In this document: one piece after another, positions 26,401 through 41,600 of the stretch
How positions within the stretch are numbered: position 1 is the first letter of the stretch
Layout: each line of letters begins with the position of its first letter
From: Azolla caroliniana
Lineage: Eukaryota > Plantae > Polypodiophyta
Assembly (NCBI GenBank): GCA_043228905.1
Contig: JBHGNT010000032.1
Location: 1 to 64,000, forward strand
Direction of reading: 5' to 3'
DNA: 64,000 nt
Translations under genes and position numbers: made by a program
The notes under the pieces: generated by a model
Seen by the model: the letters and a program-made list of their open reading frames with translations, nothing else
Told to the model about the DNA's origin: nothing
Database searches by the model: none

Positions 26401-28455
26401 GATTTTTTAATTCCATATCACACCTCACGTAGTTGGCTTCGATTTGCATGTTTGAACACAAAAATCCGATATCACACGAGCCAGGTATGAACATTTTAAT
26501 TTACTCAAGGGCTCCTCTCAACTCCCTCCTCAAGTTTGCTATTTTCGTCATGTCTCTCGACCTGAGTTTGAAATTCTTGATTTTTTAATTCCATATCATA
26601 GCTAGCGTTGTTAGCTTCGATTTGCATGTTTGAACACAAAAATCCGATATCACACGACCCAGGTATGAACATTTTAATCTACTCAAGGGCTCCTCTCAAC
26701 TCCCTCCTCAAGTTTGCTATTTTCGTCATGTATCTCGACCTGAGTTTGAAATTCTTGATTTTTTAATTCCATATCATAGCTAGCGTTTCAAGCTTCGATT
26801 TGCATGTTTGAACACAAAAATCCGATATCACACGAGCCAGGTATGAACATTTTAATCTACTCAAGGGCTCCTCTCAACTCCCTCCTCAAGTTTGCTATTT
26901 TCGTCATGTCTCTCGACCTGAGTTTGAAATTCTTGATTTTTTAATTCCATAACATAGCTAGCGTTGTTAGCTTCGATTTGCATGTTTGAACACAAAAATC
27001 CGATATCACACGAGCCAGGTATGAACATTTTAATTTACTCAAGGGCTCCTCTCAACTCCCTCCTCAAGTTTGCTATTTTCGTCATGTCTCTCGACCTGAG
27101 TTTGAAATTCTTGATTTTTTAATTCCATATCATAGCTAGCGTTGTTAGCTTCGATTTGCATGTTTGAACACAAAAATCCGATATCACAAGACCCAGGTAT
27201 GAACATTTTAATCTACTCAAGGGCTCCTCTCAACTCCCTCCTCAAGTTTGCTATTTTCGTCATGTCTCTCGACCTGAGTTTGAAATTCTTGATTTTTTAA
27301 TTCCATATCATAGCTAGCGTTTCAAGCTTCGATTTGCATGTTTGAACACAAAAATCCGATATCACACGACCCAGGTATGAACATTTTAATCTACTCAAGG
27401 GCTCCTCTCAACTCCCTCCTCAAGTTTGCTATTTTCGTCATGTCTCTCGACCTGAGTTTCAAAATCTTGATTTTTTAATTCCATATCATAGCTAGCGTTT
27501 CAAGCTTCGATTTGCATGTTTGAACACAAAAATCCGATATCACACGAGCCAGGTATGAACATTTTAATTTACTCAAGGGCTCCTCTCAACTCCCTCCTCA
27601 AGTTTGCTATTTTCGTCATGTCTCTCGACCTGAGTTTGAAATTCTTGATTTTTTAATTCCATAACATAGCTAGCGTTGTTAGCTTCGATTCGCATGTTTG
27701 AACACAAAAATCCGATATCACACGAGCCAGGTATGAACATTTTAATTTACTCAAGGGCTGTTCTCAACTCACTCCTCAAATTTGCTATTTTCGTCATGTC
27801 TCTCGACCTGAGTTTCAAAATCTTGATTTTATAATTCCATATCATAGCTCGCGTTGTTGGCTTCAATTCGCATGTTTGAACACAAAAATCCGATATCACA
27901 CGAGCCAGGTATGAACATTTTAATTTACTCAAGGGCTCCTCTCAACTCCCTCCTCAAGTTTGCTATTTTCGTCATGTCTCTCGACCTGAGTTTGAAATTC
28001 TTGATTTTTTAATTCCATATCATAGCTAGCGTTGTTAGCTTCGATTTGCATGTTTGAACACAAAAATCCGATATCACACGACCCAGGTATGAACATTTTA
28101 ATCTACTCAAGGGCTCCTCTCAACTCCCTCCTCAAGTTTGCTATTTTCGTCATGTGTCTCGACCTGAGTTTGAAATTCTTGATTTTTTAATTCCATATCA
28201 TAGCTAGCGTTGTTAGCTTCGATTTGCATGTTTGAACACAAAAATCCGATATCACACGAGCCAGGTATGAACATTTTAATCTACTTAAGGGCTCCTCTCA
28301 ACTCCCTCCTCAAGTTTGCTATTTTCGTCATGTCTCTCGACCTGAGTTTCAAAATCTTGATTTTTTAATTCCATATCATAGCTAGCGTTTCAAGCTTCGA
28401 TTTGCATGTTTGAACACAAAAATCCGATATCACACGAGCCAGGTATGAACATTTT
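23441..28455 (+). repeat. Higher-order tandem duplication, period 2492 bp (14 monomers)
   Basis: Private variants atcacAagaccc at 24691 and 27183, and tgtGtctcga at 25661 and 28153. ORF copies at 25255 and 27747. Boundaries are approximate. Confidence 0.85.
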
Positions 28456-31400
28456 TATTTACTCAAGGGCTCCTCTCAACTCCCTCCTCAAGTTTGCTAT
28501 TTTCGTCATGTCTCTCGACCTGAGCTTCAAAATCTTAATTTTTTAATTCCATATCATAGCTAGCGTCGTTAGCTTCGATTTGCATGTTTGACCACAAAAA
28601 TCCGATATCACACGACCCAGGTATGAACATTTTAATCTACTCAAGGGCTCCTCTCAACTCCCTCCTCAAGTTTGCTATTTTCATCATGTCTCTCGACCTG
28701 AGTTTCAAAATCTTGTTTTTTTAATTCCATATCATAGCTAGCGTTTCAAGCTTCTATTTGCATGTTTGAACACAAAAATCCGATATCACACGAGCCAGGT
28801 ATGAACATTTTAATTTACTCAAGGGCTCCTCTCAACTCCCTCCTCAAGTTTGCTAATTTCGTCATGTCTCTCGACCTGAGTTTCAAAATCTTGATTTTTT
28901 AATTCCATATCATAGCTAGCGTTTCAAGCTTCGATTTGCATGTTTGAACACAAAAATCCGATATCACACGAGCCAGGTATGAACATTTTAATTTACTCAA
29001 GGGCTCCTCTCAACTCCCTCCTCAAGTTTGCTATTTTCGTCATGTCTCTCGACCTGAGTTTGAAATTCTTGATTTTTTAATTCCATAACATAGCTAGCGT
29101 TGTTAGCTTCGATTCGCATGTTTGAACACAAAAATCCGATATCACACGAGCCAGGTATGAACATTTTAATTTACTCAAGGGCTGTTCTCAACTCACTCCT
29201 CAAATTTGCTATTTTCGTCATGTCTCTCGACCTGAGTTTCAAAATCTTGATTTTATAATTCCATATCATAGCTCGCGTTGTTGGCTTCAATTCGCATGTT
29301 TGAACACAAAAATCCGATATCACACGAGCCAGGTATGAACATTTTAATTTACTCAAGGGCTCCTCTCAACTCCCTCCTCAAGTTTGCTATTTTCGTCATG
29401 TCTCTCGACCTGAGTTTGAAATTCTTGATTTTTTAATTCCATATCATAGCTAGCGTTGTTAGCTTCGATTCGCATGTTTGAACACAAAAATCCGATATCA
29501 CACGAGCCAGGTATGAACATTTTAATTTACTCAAGGGCTGTTCTCAACTCACTTCTCAAATTTGCTATTTTCGTCATGTCTCTCGACCTGAGTTTCAAAA
29601 TCTTGATTTTTTAATTCCATATCATAGCTCGCGTTGTTGGCTTCGATTCGCATGTTTGAACACAAAAATACGATATCACACGAGCCAGGTATGAACATTT
29701 TAATTTACTCAAGGGTTCCTCTCAACTCCCTCCTCAAGTTTGCTATTTTCGTCATGTCTCTCGACCTGAGTTTGAAATTCTTGATTTTTTAATTCCATAT
29801 CATAGCTAGCGTCGTTAGCTTCGATTTGCATGTTTGAACACAAAAATCCGATATCACACGAGCCAGGTATGAACATTTTAATCTACTCAAGGGCTCCCCT
29901 CAACTCCCTCCTCAAGTTTGCTATTTTCATCATGTCTCTCGACCTGAGTTTCAAAATCTTGTTTTTTTAATTCCATATCATAGCTAGCGTTTCAAGCTTC
30001 GATTTGCATGTTTGAACACAGAAATCCGATATCACACGAGCCAGGTATGAACATTTTAATTTACTCAAGGGCTCCTCTCAACTCCCTCCTCAAGTTTGCT
30101 ATTTTCGTCATGTCTCTCGACCTGAGTTTCAAAATCTTGATTTTTTAATTCCATATCACACCTCACGTAGTTGGCTTCGATTTGCATGTTTGAACACAAA
30201 AATCCGATATCACACGAGCCAGGTATGAACATTTTAATTTACTCAAGGGCTCCTCTCAACTCCCTCCTCAAGTTTGCTATTTTCGTCATGTCTCTCGACC
30301 TGAGTTTGAAATTCTTGATTTTTTAATTCCATATCATAGCTAGCGTTGTTAGCTTCGATTCGCATGTTTGAACACAAAAATCCGATATCACACGACCCAG
30401 GTATGAACATTTTAATCTACTCAAGGGCTCCTCTCAACTCCCTCCTCAAGTTTGCTATTTTCGTCATGTATCTCGACCTGAGTTTGAAATTCTTGATTTT
30501 TTAATTCCATATCATAGCTAGCGTTGTTAGCTTCGATTTGCATGTTTGAACACAAAAATCCGATATCACACGACCCAGGTATGAACATTTTAATCTACTC
30601 AAGGGCTCCTCTCAACTCCCTCCTCAAGTTTGCTATTTTCGTCATGTCTCTCGACCTGAGTTTCAAAATCTTGTTTTTTTAATTCCATATCATAGCTAGC
30701 GTTTCAAGCTTCGATTTGCATGTTTGAACACAAAAATCCGATATCACACGAGCCAGGTATGAACATTTTAATTTACTCAAGGGCTCCTCTCAACTCCCTC
30801 CTCAAGTTTGCTATTTTCGTCATGTCTCTCGACCTGAGTTTCAAAATCTTGATTTTTTAATTCCATATCATACCTCACGTAGTTGGCTTCGATTCGCATG
30901 TTTGAACACAAAAATCCGATATCAGACGACCCAGGTATGAACATTTTAATCTACTCAAGGGCTCCTCTCAACTCCCTCCTCAAGTTTGCTATTTTCGTCA
31001 TGTCTCTCGACCTGAGTTTCAAAATCTTGATTTTTTAATTCGATATCATACCTCACGTAGTTGGCTTCGATTCGCATGTTTGAACACAAAAATCCGATAT
31101 CACACGAGCCAGGTATGAACATTTTAATTACAGAAGGGCTCCTCTCAACTCCCTCCTCAAGTTTGCTATTTTCGTCATGTCTCTCGACCTGAGTTTCAAA
31201 ATCTTGATTTTTTAATTCCATATCATACCTCACGTAGTTGGCTTCGATTCGCATGTTTGAACACAAAAATCCGATATCACACGAGCCAGGTATGAACATT
31301 TTAATTTACTCAAGGGCTCCTCTCAACTCCCTCCTCAAGTTTGCTATTTTCGTCATGTCTCTCGACCTGAGTTTGAAATTCTTGATTTTTTAATTCCATA

Positions 31401-34400
31401 TCATAGCTAGCGTTGTTAGCTTCGATTTGCATGTTTGAACACAAAAATCCGATATCACACGACCCAGGTATGAACATTTTAATCTACTCAAGGGCTCCTC
31501 TCAACTCCCTCCTCAAGTTTGCTATTTTCGTCATGTCTCTCGACCTGAGTTTCAAAATCTTGATTTTTTAATTCCATATCACACCTCACGTAGTTGGCTT
31601 CGATTTGCATGTTTGAACACAAAAATCCGATATCACACGAGCCAGGTATGAACATTTTAATTTACTCAAGGGCTCCTCTCAACTCCCTCCTCAAGTTTGC
31701 TATTTTCGTCATGTCTCTCGACCTGAGTTTGAAATTCTTGATTTTTTAATTCCATATCATAGCTAGCGTTGTTAGCTTCGATTTGCATGTTTGAACACAA
31801 AAATCCGATATCACACGACCCAGGTATGAACATTTTAATCTACTCAAGGGCTCCTCTCAACTCCCTCCTCAAGTTTGCTATTTTCGTCATGTATCTCGAC
31901 CTGAGTTTGAAATTCTTGATTTTTTAATTCCATATCATAGCTAGCGTTGTTAGCTTCGATTTGCATGTTTGAACACAAAAATCCGATATCACACGACCCA
32001 GGTATGAACATTTTAATCTACTCAAGGGCTCCTCTCAACTCCCTCCTCAAGTTTGCTATTTTCGTCATGTCTCTCGACCTGAGTTTCAAAATCTTGATTT
32101 TTTAATTCCATATCATAGCTAGCGTTTCAAGCTTCGATTTGCATGTTTGAACACAAAAATCCGATATCACACGAGCCAGGTATGAACATTTTAATTTACT
32201 CAAGGGCTCCTCTCAACTCCCTCCTCAAGTTTGCTAATTTCGTCATGTCTCTCGACCTGAGTTTCAAAATCTTGATTTTTTAATTCCATATCATAGCTAG
32301 CGTTTCAAGCTTCGATTTGCATGTTTGAACACAAAAATCCGATATCACACGAGCCAGGTATGAACATTTTAATTTACTCAAGGGCTGTTCTCAACTCAGT
32401 CCTCAAATTTGCTATTTTCGTCATGTCTCTCGACCTGAGTTTCAAAATCTTGATTTTATAATTCCATATCATAGCTCGCGTTGTTGGCTTCAATTCGCAT
32501 GTTTGAACACAAAAATCCGATATCACACGAGCCAGGTATGAACATTTTAATTTACTCAAGGGCTCCTCTCAACTCCCTCCTCAAGTTTGCTATTTTCGTC
32601 ATGTCTCTCGACCTGAGTTTGAAATTCTTGATTTTTTAATTCCATAACATAGCTAGTGTTGTTAGCTTCGATTCGCATGTTTGAACACAAAAATCCGATA
32701 TCACACGAGCCAGGTATGAACATTTTAATTTACTCAAGGGCTGTTCTCAACTCACTCCTCAAATTTGCTATTTTCGTCATGTCTCTCGACCTGAGTTTCA
32801 AAATCTTGATTTTTTAATTCCATATCATAGCTCGCGTTGTTGGCTTCGATTCGCATGTTTAAACACAAAAATACGATATCACACGAGCCAGGTATGAACA
32901 TTTTAATTTACTCAAGGGTTCCTCTCAACTCCCTCCTCAAGTTTGCTATTTTCGTCATGTCTCTCGACCTGAGTTTGAAATTCTTGATTTTTTAATTCCA
33001 TATCATAGCTAGCGTCGTTAGCTTCGATTTGCATGTTTGAACACAAAAATCCGATATCACACGACCCAGGTATGAACATTTTAATCTACTCAAGGGCTCC
33101 TCTCAACTCCCTCCTCAAGTTTGCTATTTTCATCATGTCTCTCGACCTGAGTTTCAAAATCTTGTTTCTTTAATTCCATATCATAGCTAGCGTTTCAAGC
33201 TTCGATTTGCATGTTTGAACACAAAAATCCGATATCACACGAGCCAGGTATGAACATTTTAATTTACTCAAGGGCTCCTCTCTACTCCCTCCTCAAGTTT
33301 GCTATTTTCGTCATGTCTCTCGACCTGAGTTTCAAAATCTTGATTTTTTAATTCCATATCACACCTCACGTAGTTGGCTTCGATTTGCATGTTTGAACAC
33401 AAAAATCCGATATCACACGAGCCAGGTATGAACATTTTAATTACTTAACGGCTCCTCTCAACTCCCTCCTCAAGTTTGCTATTTTCTTCATGTCTCTCGA
33501 CCTGAGTTTCAAAATCTTGATTTTTTAATTCCATATCATAGCTAGCGTTTCAAGCTTCGATTTGCATGTTTGAACACAAAAATCCGATATCACACGAGCC
33601 AGGTATGAACATTTTAATTTACTCAAGGGCTCCTCTCAACTCCCTCCTCAAGTTTGCTATTTTCGTCATGTCTCTCGACCTGAGTTTGAAATTCTTGATT
33701 TTTTAATTCCATAACATAGCTAGCGTTGTTAGCTTCGATTCGCATGTTTGAACACAAAAATCCGATATCACACGAGCCAGGTATGAACATTTTAATTTAC
33801 TCAAGGGCTCCTCTCAACTCCCTCCTCAAGTTTGCTATTTTCGTCATGTCTCTCGACCTGAGTTTGAAATTCTTGATTTTTTAATTCCATATCATAGCTA
33901 GCGTTGTTAGCTTCGATTCGCATGTTTGAACACAAAAATCCGATATCACACGAGCCAGGTATGAACATTTTAATTTACTCAAGGGCTGTTCTCAACTCAC
34001 TCCTCAAATTTGCTATTTTCGTCATGTCTCTCGACCTGAGTTTCAAAATCTTGATTTTTTAATTCCATATCATAGCTCGCGTTGTTGGCTTCGATTCGCA
34101 TGTTTAAACACAAAAATACGATATCACACGAGCCAGGTATGAACATTTTAATTTACTCAAGGGTTCCTCTCAACTCCCTCCTCAAGTTTGCTATTTTCTT
34201 CATGTCTCTCGACCTGAGTTTCAAAATCTTTATTTTATAATTCCATATCATAGCTCGCGTTGTTGGCTTCAATTCGCATGTTTGAACACAAAAATCCGAT
34301 ATCACAGGAGCCAGGTATGAACATTTTAATTTACTCAAGGGCTGTTCTCAACTCACTCCTCAAATTTGCTATTTTCGTCATGTCTCTCGACCTGAGTTTC

Positions 34401-35689
34401 AAAATCTTGATTTTATAATTCCATATCATAGCTCGCGTTGTTGGCTTCAATTCGCATGTTTGAACACAAAAATCCGATATCACACGAGCCAGGTATGAAC
34501 ATTTTAATTTACTCAAGGGCTCCTCTCAACTCCCTCCTCAAGTTTGCTATTTTCGTCATGTCTCTCGACCTGAGTTTGAAATTCTTGATTTTTTAATTCC
34601 ATATCATAGCTAGCGTTGTTAGCTTCGATTCGCATGTTTGAACACAAAAATCCGATATCACACGAGCCAGGTATGAACATTTTAATTTACTCAAGGGCTG
34701 TTCTCAACTCACTCCTCAAATTTGCTATTTTCGTCATGTCTCTCGACCTGAGTTTCAAAATCTTGATTTTTTAATTCCATATCATAGCTCGCGTTGTTGG
34801 CTTCGATTCGCATGTTTAAACACAAAAATACGATATCACACGAGCCAGGTATGAACATTTTAATTTACTCAAGGGTTCCTCTCAACTCCCTCCTCAAGTT
34901 TGCTATTTTCGTCATGTCTCTCGACCTGAGTTTGAAATTCTTGATTTTTTAATTCCATATCATAGCTAGCGTCGTTAGCTTCGATTTGCATGTTTGAACA
35001 CAAAAATCCGATATCACACGACCCAGGTATGAACATTTTAATCTACTCAAGGGCTCCTCTCAACTCCCTCCTCAAGTTTGCTATTTTCATCATGTCTCTC
35101 GACCTGAGTTTCAAAATCTTGTTTTTTTAATTCCATATCATAGCTAGCGTTTCAAGCTTCGATTTGCATGTTTGAACACAAAAATCCGATATCACACGAG
35201 CCAGGTATGAACATTTTAATTTACTCAAGGGCTCCTCTCTACTCCCTCCTCAAGTTTGCTATTTTCGTCATGTCTCTCGACCTGAGTTTCAAAATCTTGA
35301 TTTTTTAATTCCATATCACACCTCACGTAGTTGGCTTCGATTTGCATGTTTGAACACAAAAATCCGATATCACACGAGCCAGGTATGAACATTTTAATTA
35401 CTTAACGGCTCCTCTCAACTCCCTCCTCAAGTTTGCTATTTTCTTCATGTCTCTCGACCTGAGTTTCAAAATCTTGATTTTTTAATTCCATATCATAGCT
35501 AGCGTTTCAAGCTTCGATTTGCATGTTTGAACACAAAAATCCGATATCACACGAGCCAGGTATGAACATTTTAATTTACTCAAGGGCTCCTCTCAACTCC
35601 CTCCTCAAGTTTGCTATTTTCGTCATGTCTCTCGACCTGAGTTTGAAATTCTTGATTTTTTAATTCCATAACATAGCTAGCGTTGTTAG

Positions 35690-38600
35690 CTTCGATTCGC
35701 ATGTTTGAACACAAAAATCCGATATCACACGAGCCAGGTATGAACATTTTAATTTACTCAAGGGCTCCTCTCAACTCCCTCCTCAAGTTTGCTATTTTCG
35801 TCATGTCTCTCGACCTGAGTTTGAAATTCTTGATTTTTTAATTCCATATCATAGCTAGCGTTGTTAGCTTCGATTCGCATGTTTGAACACAAAAATCCGA
35901 TATCACACGAGCCAGGTATGAACATTTTAATTTACTCAAGGGCTGTTCTCAACTCACTCCTCAAATTTGCTATTTTCGTCATGTCTCTCGACCTGAGTTT
36001 CAAAATCTTGATTTTTTAATTCCATATCATAGCTCGCGTTGTTGGCTTCGATTCGCATGTTTAAACACAAAAATACGATATCACACGAGCCAGGTATGAA
36101 CATTTTAATTTACTCAAGGGTTCCTCTCAACTCCCTCCTCAAGTTTGCTATTTTCGTCATGTCTCTCGACCTGAGTTTGAAATTCTTGATTTTTTAATTC
36201 CATATCATAGCTAGCGTCGTTAGCTTCGATTTGCATGTTTGAACACAAAAATCCGATATCACACGACCCAGGTATGAACATTTTAATCGACTCAAGGGCT
36301 CCTCTCAACTCCCTCCTCAAGTTTGCTATTTTCATCATGTCTCTCGACCTGAGTTTCAAAATCTTGTTTTTTTAATTCCATATCATAGCTAGCGTTTCAA
36401 GCTTCGATTTGCATGTTTGAACACAAAAATCCGATATCACACGAGCCAGGTATGAACATTTTAATTTACTCAAGGGCTCCTCTCTACTCCCTCCTCAAGT
36501 TTGCTATTTTCGTCATGTCTCTCGACCTGAGTTTCAAAATCTTGATTTTTTAATTCCATATCACACCTCACGTAGTTGGCTTCGATTTGCATGTTTGAAC
36601 ACAAAAATCCGATATCACACGAGCCAGGTATGAACATTTTAATTACTTAACGGCTCCTCTCAACTCCCTCCTCAAGTTTGCTATTTTCTTCATGTCTCTC
36701 GACCTGAGTTTCAAAATCTTGATTTTTTAATTCCATATCATAGCTAGCGTTTCAAGCTTCGATTTGCATGTTTGAACACAAAAATCCGATATCACACGAG
36801 CCAGGTATGAACATTTTAATTTACTCAAGGGCTCCTCTCAACTCCCTCCTCAAGTTTGCTATTTTCGTCATGTCTCTCGACCTGAGTTTGAAATTCTTGA
36901 TTTTTTAATTCCATAACATAGCTAGCGTTGTTAGCTTCGATTCGCATGTTTGAACACAAAAATCCGATATCACACGAGCCAGGTATGAACATTTTAATTT
37001 ACTCAAGGGCTCCTCTCAACTCCCTCCTCAAGTTTGCTATTTTCGTCATGTCTCTCGACCTGAGTTTGAAATTCTTGATTTTTTAATTCCATAACATAGC
37101 TAGCGTTGTTAGCTTCGATTCGCATGTTTGAACACAAAAATCCGATATCACACGAGCCAGGTATGAACATTTTAATTTACTCAAGGGCTGTTCTCAACTC
37201 ACTCCTCAAATTTGCTATTTTCGTCATGTCTGTCGACCTGAGTTTCAAAATCTTGATTTTATAATTCCATATCATAGCTCGCGTTGTTGGCTTCAATTCG
37301 CATGTTTGAACACAAAAATCCGATATCACACGAGCCAGGTATGAACATTTTAATTTACTCAAGGGCTCCTCTCAACTCCCTCCTCAAGTTTGCTATTTTC
37401 GTCATGTCTCTCGACCTGAGTTTGAAATTCTTGATTTTTTAATTCCATATCATAGCTAGCGTTGTTAGCTTCGATTTGCATGTTTGAACACAAAAATCCG
37501 ATATCACACGACCCAGGTATGAACATTTTAATCTACTGAAGGGCTCCTCTCAACTCCCTCCTCAAGTTTGCTATTTTCTTCATGTCTCTCGACCTGAGTT
37601 TCAAAATCTTGATTTTTTAATTCCATATCATAGCTAGCATTTCAAGCTTCGATTTGCATGTTTGAACACAAAAATCCGATATCACACGAGCCAGGTATGA
37701 ACATTTTAATTTACTCAAGGGCTCCTCTAAACTCCCTCCTCAAGTTTGCTATTTTCGTCATGTCTGTCGACCTGAGTTTGAAATTCTTGATTTTTTAATT
37801 CCATATCATAGCTAGCGTTGTTAGCTTCGATTTGCATGTTTGAACACAAAAATCCGATATCACACGACCCAGGTATGAACATTTTAATCTACTCAAGGGC
37901 TCCTCTCAACTCCCTCCTCAAGTTTGCTATTTTCTTCATGTCTCTCGACCTGAGTTTCAAAATCTTGATTTTTTAATTCCATATCATACCTCACGTAGTT
38001 GGCTTCGATTCGCATGTTTGAACACAAAAATCCGATATCACACGAGCCAGGTATGAACATTTTAATTTACTCAAGGGTTGTTCTCAACTCACTCCTCAAA
38101 TTTGCTATTTTCGTCATGTCTCTCGACCTGAGTTTGAAATTCTTGATTTTTTAATTCCATATCATAGCTAGCGTCGTTAGCTTCGATTTGCATGTTTGAA
38201 CACAAAAATCCGATATCACACGACCCAGGTATGAACATTTTAATCTACTCAAGGGCTCCTCTCAACTCCCTCCTCAAGTTTGCTATTTTCATCATGTCTC
38301 TCGACCTCAGTTTCAAAATCTTGATTCTTTAATTCCATATCATAGCTCGCGTTGTTGGCTTCGATTTGCATGTTTGAACACAAAAATCCGATATCACACG
38401 AGCCAGGTATGAACATTTTAATTTACTCAAGGGCTCCTCTCAACTCCCTCCTCAAGTTTGCTATTTTCGTCATGTCCCTCGACCTGAGTTTCAAAATCTT
38501 GATTTTTTAATTCATATCATAGCTAGCGTTTCAAGCTTCGATTTGCATGTTTGAACACAAAAATCCGATATCACTAGAGCTAGGTATGAACATTTTAATT

Positions 38601-41600
38601 TACTCAAGGGCTCCTCTCAACTCCCTCCGCAAGTTTGCTATTTTCGTCATGTCTCTCGACCTGAGCTTCAAAATCTTGATTTTTTAATTCCATATCATAG
38701 CTCGCGTTGTTGGCTTCGATTCGCATGTTTGAACACAAAAATCCGATATCACACGAGCCAGGTATGAACATTTTAATTTACTCAAGGGCTCCTCTCAACT
38801 CCCTCCTCAAGTTTGCTATTTTCGTCATGTCTCTCGACCTGAGTTTCAAAATCTTGATTTTTTAATTCCATATCATACCTCACGTAGTTGGCTTCGATTC
38901 GCATGTTTGAACACAAAAATCCGATATCACACGAGCCAGGTATGAACATTTTAATTTACTCAAGGGCTGTTCTCAACTCACTCCTCAAATTTGCTATTTT
39001 CGTCATGTCTCTCGACCTGAGTTTCAAAATCTTTATTTTATAATTCCATATCATAGCTCGCGTTGTTGGCTTCAATTCGCATGTTTGAACACAAAAATCC
39101 AATATCACACGAGCCAGGTATGAACATTTTAATTTACTCAAGGGCTCCTATCAACTCACTCCTCAAATTTGCTATTTTCGTCATGTCTCTCGACCTGAGT
39201 TTCAAAATCTTGATTTTTAAATTCCATATCATAGCTCGCGTTGTTGGCTTCGATTCGCATGTTTGAACACAAAAATCCGATATCACACGAGCCAGGTATG
39301 AACATTTTAATTTACTCAAGGGCTCCTCTCAACTCCCTCCTCAAGTTTGCTATTTTCGTCATGTCTCTCGACCTGAGTTTCAAAATCTTGATTTTTAAAT
39401 TCCATATCATAGCTCGCGTTGTTGGCTTCGATTCGCATGTTTGAACACAAAAATCCGATATCACACGAGCCAGGTATGAACATTTTAATTTACTCAAGGG
39501 CTCCTCTCAACTCCCTCCTCAAGTTTGCTATTTTCGTCATGTCTCTCGACCTGAGTTTGAAATTCTTGATTTTTTAATTCCATATCATAGCTAGCGTTGT
39601 TAGCTTCGATTCGCATGTTTGAACACAAAAATCCGATATCACACGAGCCAGGTATGAACATTTTAATTTACTCAAGGGCTGTTCTCAACTCACTCCTCAA
39701 ATTTGCTATTTTCGTCATGTCTCTCGACCTGAGTTTCAAAATCTTGATTTTTTAATTCCATATCATAGCTCGCGTTGTTGGCTTCGATTCGCATGTTTAA
39801 ACACAAAAATACGATATCACACGAGCCAGGTATGAACATTTTAATTTACTCAAGGGTTCCTCTCAACTCCCTCCTCAAGTTTGCTATTTTCGTCATGTCT
39901 CTCGACCTGAGTTTGAAATTCTTGATTTTTTAATTCCATATCATAGCTAGCGTCGTTAGCTTCGATTTGCATGTTTGAACACAAAAATCCGATATCACAC
40001 GACCCAGGTATGAACATTTTAATCGACTCAAGGGCTCCTCTCAACTCCCTCCTCAAGTTTGCTATTTTCATCATGTCTCTCGACCTGAGTTTCAAAATCT
40101 TGTTTTTTTAATTCCATATCATAGCTAGCGTTTCAAGCTTCGATTTGCATGTTTGAACACAAAAATCCGATATCACACGAGCCAGGTATGAACATTTTAA
40201 TTTACTCAAGGGCTCCTCTCTACTCCCTCCTCAAGTTTGCTATTTTCGTCATGTCTCTCGACCTGAGTTTCAAAATCTTGATTTTTTAATTCCATATCAC
40301 ACCTCACGTAGTTGGCTTCGATTTGCATGTTTGAACACAAAAATCCGATATCACACGAGCCAGGTATGAACATTTTAATTACTTAACGGCTCCTCTCAAC
40401 TCCCTCCTCAAGTTTGCTATTTTCTTCATGTCTCTCGACCTGAGTTTCAAAATCTTGATTTTTTAATTCCATATCATAGCTAGCGTTTCAAGCTTCGATT
40501 TGCATGTTTGAACACAAAAATCCGATATCACACGAGCCAGGTATGAACATTTTAATTTACTCAAGGGCTCCTCTCAACTCCCTCCTCAAGTTTGCTATTT
40601 TCGTCATGTCTCTCGACCTGAGTTTGAAATTCTTGATTTTTTAATTCCATAACATAGCTAGCGTTGTTAGCTTCGATTCGCATGTTTGAACACAAAAATC
40701 CGATATCACACGAGCCAGGTATGAACATTTTAATTTACTCAAGGGCTCCTCTCAACTCCCTCCTCAAGTTTGCTATTTTCGTCATGTCTCTCGACCTGAG
40801 TTTGAAATTCTTGATTTTTTAATTCCATAACATAGCTAGCGTTGTTAGCTTCGATTCGCATGTTTGAACACAAAAATCCGATATCACACGAGCCAGGTAT
40901 GAACATTTTAATTTACTCAAGGGCTGTTCTCAACTCACTCCTCAAATTTGCTATTTTCGTCATGTCTGTCGACCTGAGTTTCAAAATCTTGATTTTATAA
41001 TTCCATATCATAGCTCGCGTTGTTGGCTTCAATTCGCATGTTTGAACACAAAAATCCGATATCACACGAGCCAGGTATGAACATTTTAATTTACTCAAGG
41101 GCTCCTCTCAACTCCCTCCTCAAGTTTGCTATTTTCGTCATGTCTCTCGACCTGAGTTTGAAATTCTTGATTTTTTAATTCCATATCATAGCTAGCGTTG
41201 TTAGCTTCGATTTGCATGTTTGAACACAAAAATCCGATATCACACGACCCAGGTATGAACATTTTAATCTACTGAAGGGCTCCTCTCAACTCCCTCCTCA
41301 AGTTTGCTATTTTCTTCATGTCTCTCGACCTGAGTTTCAAAATCTTGATTTTTTAATTCCATATCATAGCTAGCATTTCAAGCTTCGATTTGCATGTTTG
41401 AACACAAAAATCCGATATCACACGAGCCAGGTATGAACATTTTAATTTACTCAAGGGCTCCTCTAAACTCCCTCCTCAAGTTTGCTATTTTCGTCATGTC
41501 TGTCGACCTGAGTTTGAAATTCTTGATTTTTTAATTCCATATCATAGCTAGCGTTGTTAGCTTCGATTTGCATGTTTGAACACAAAAATCCGATATCACA

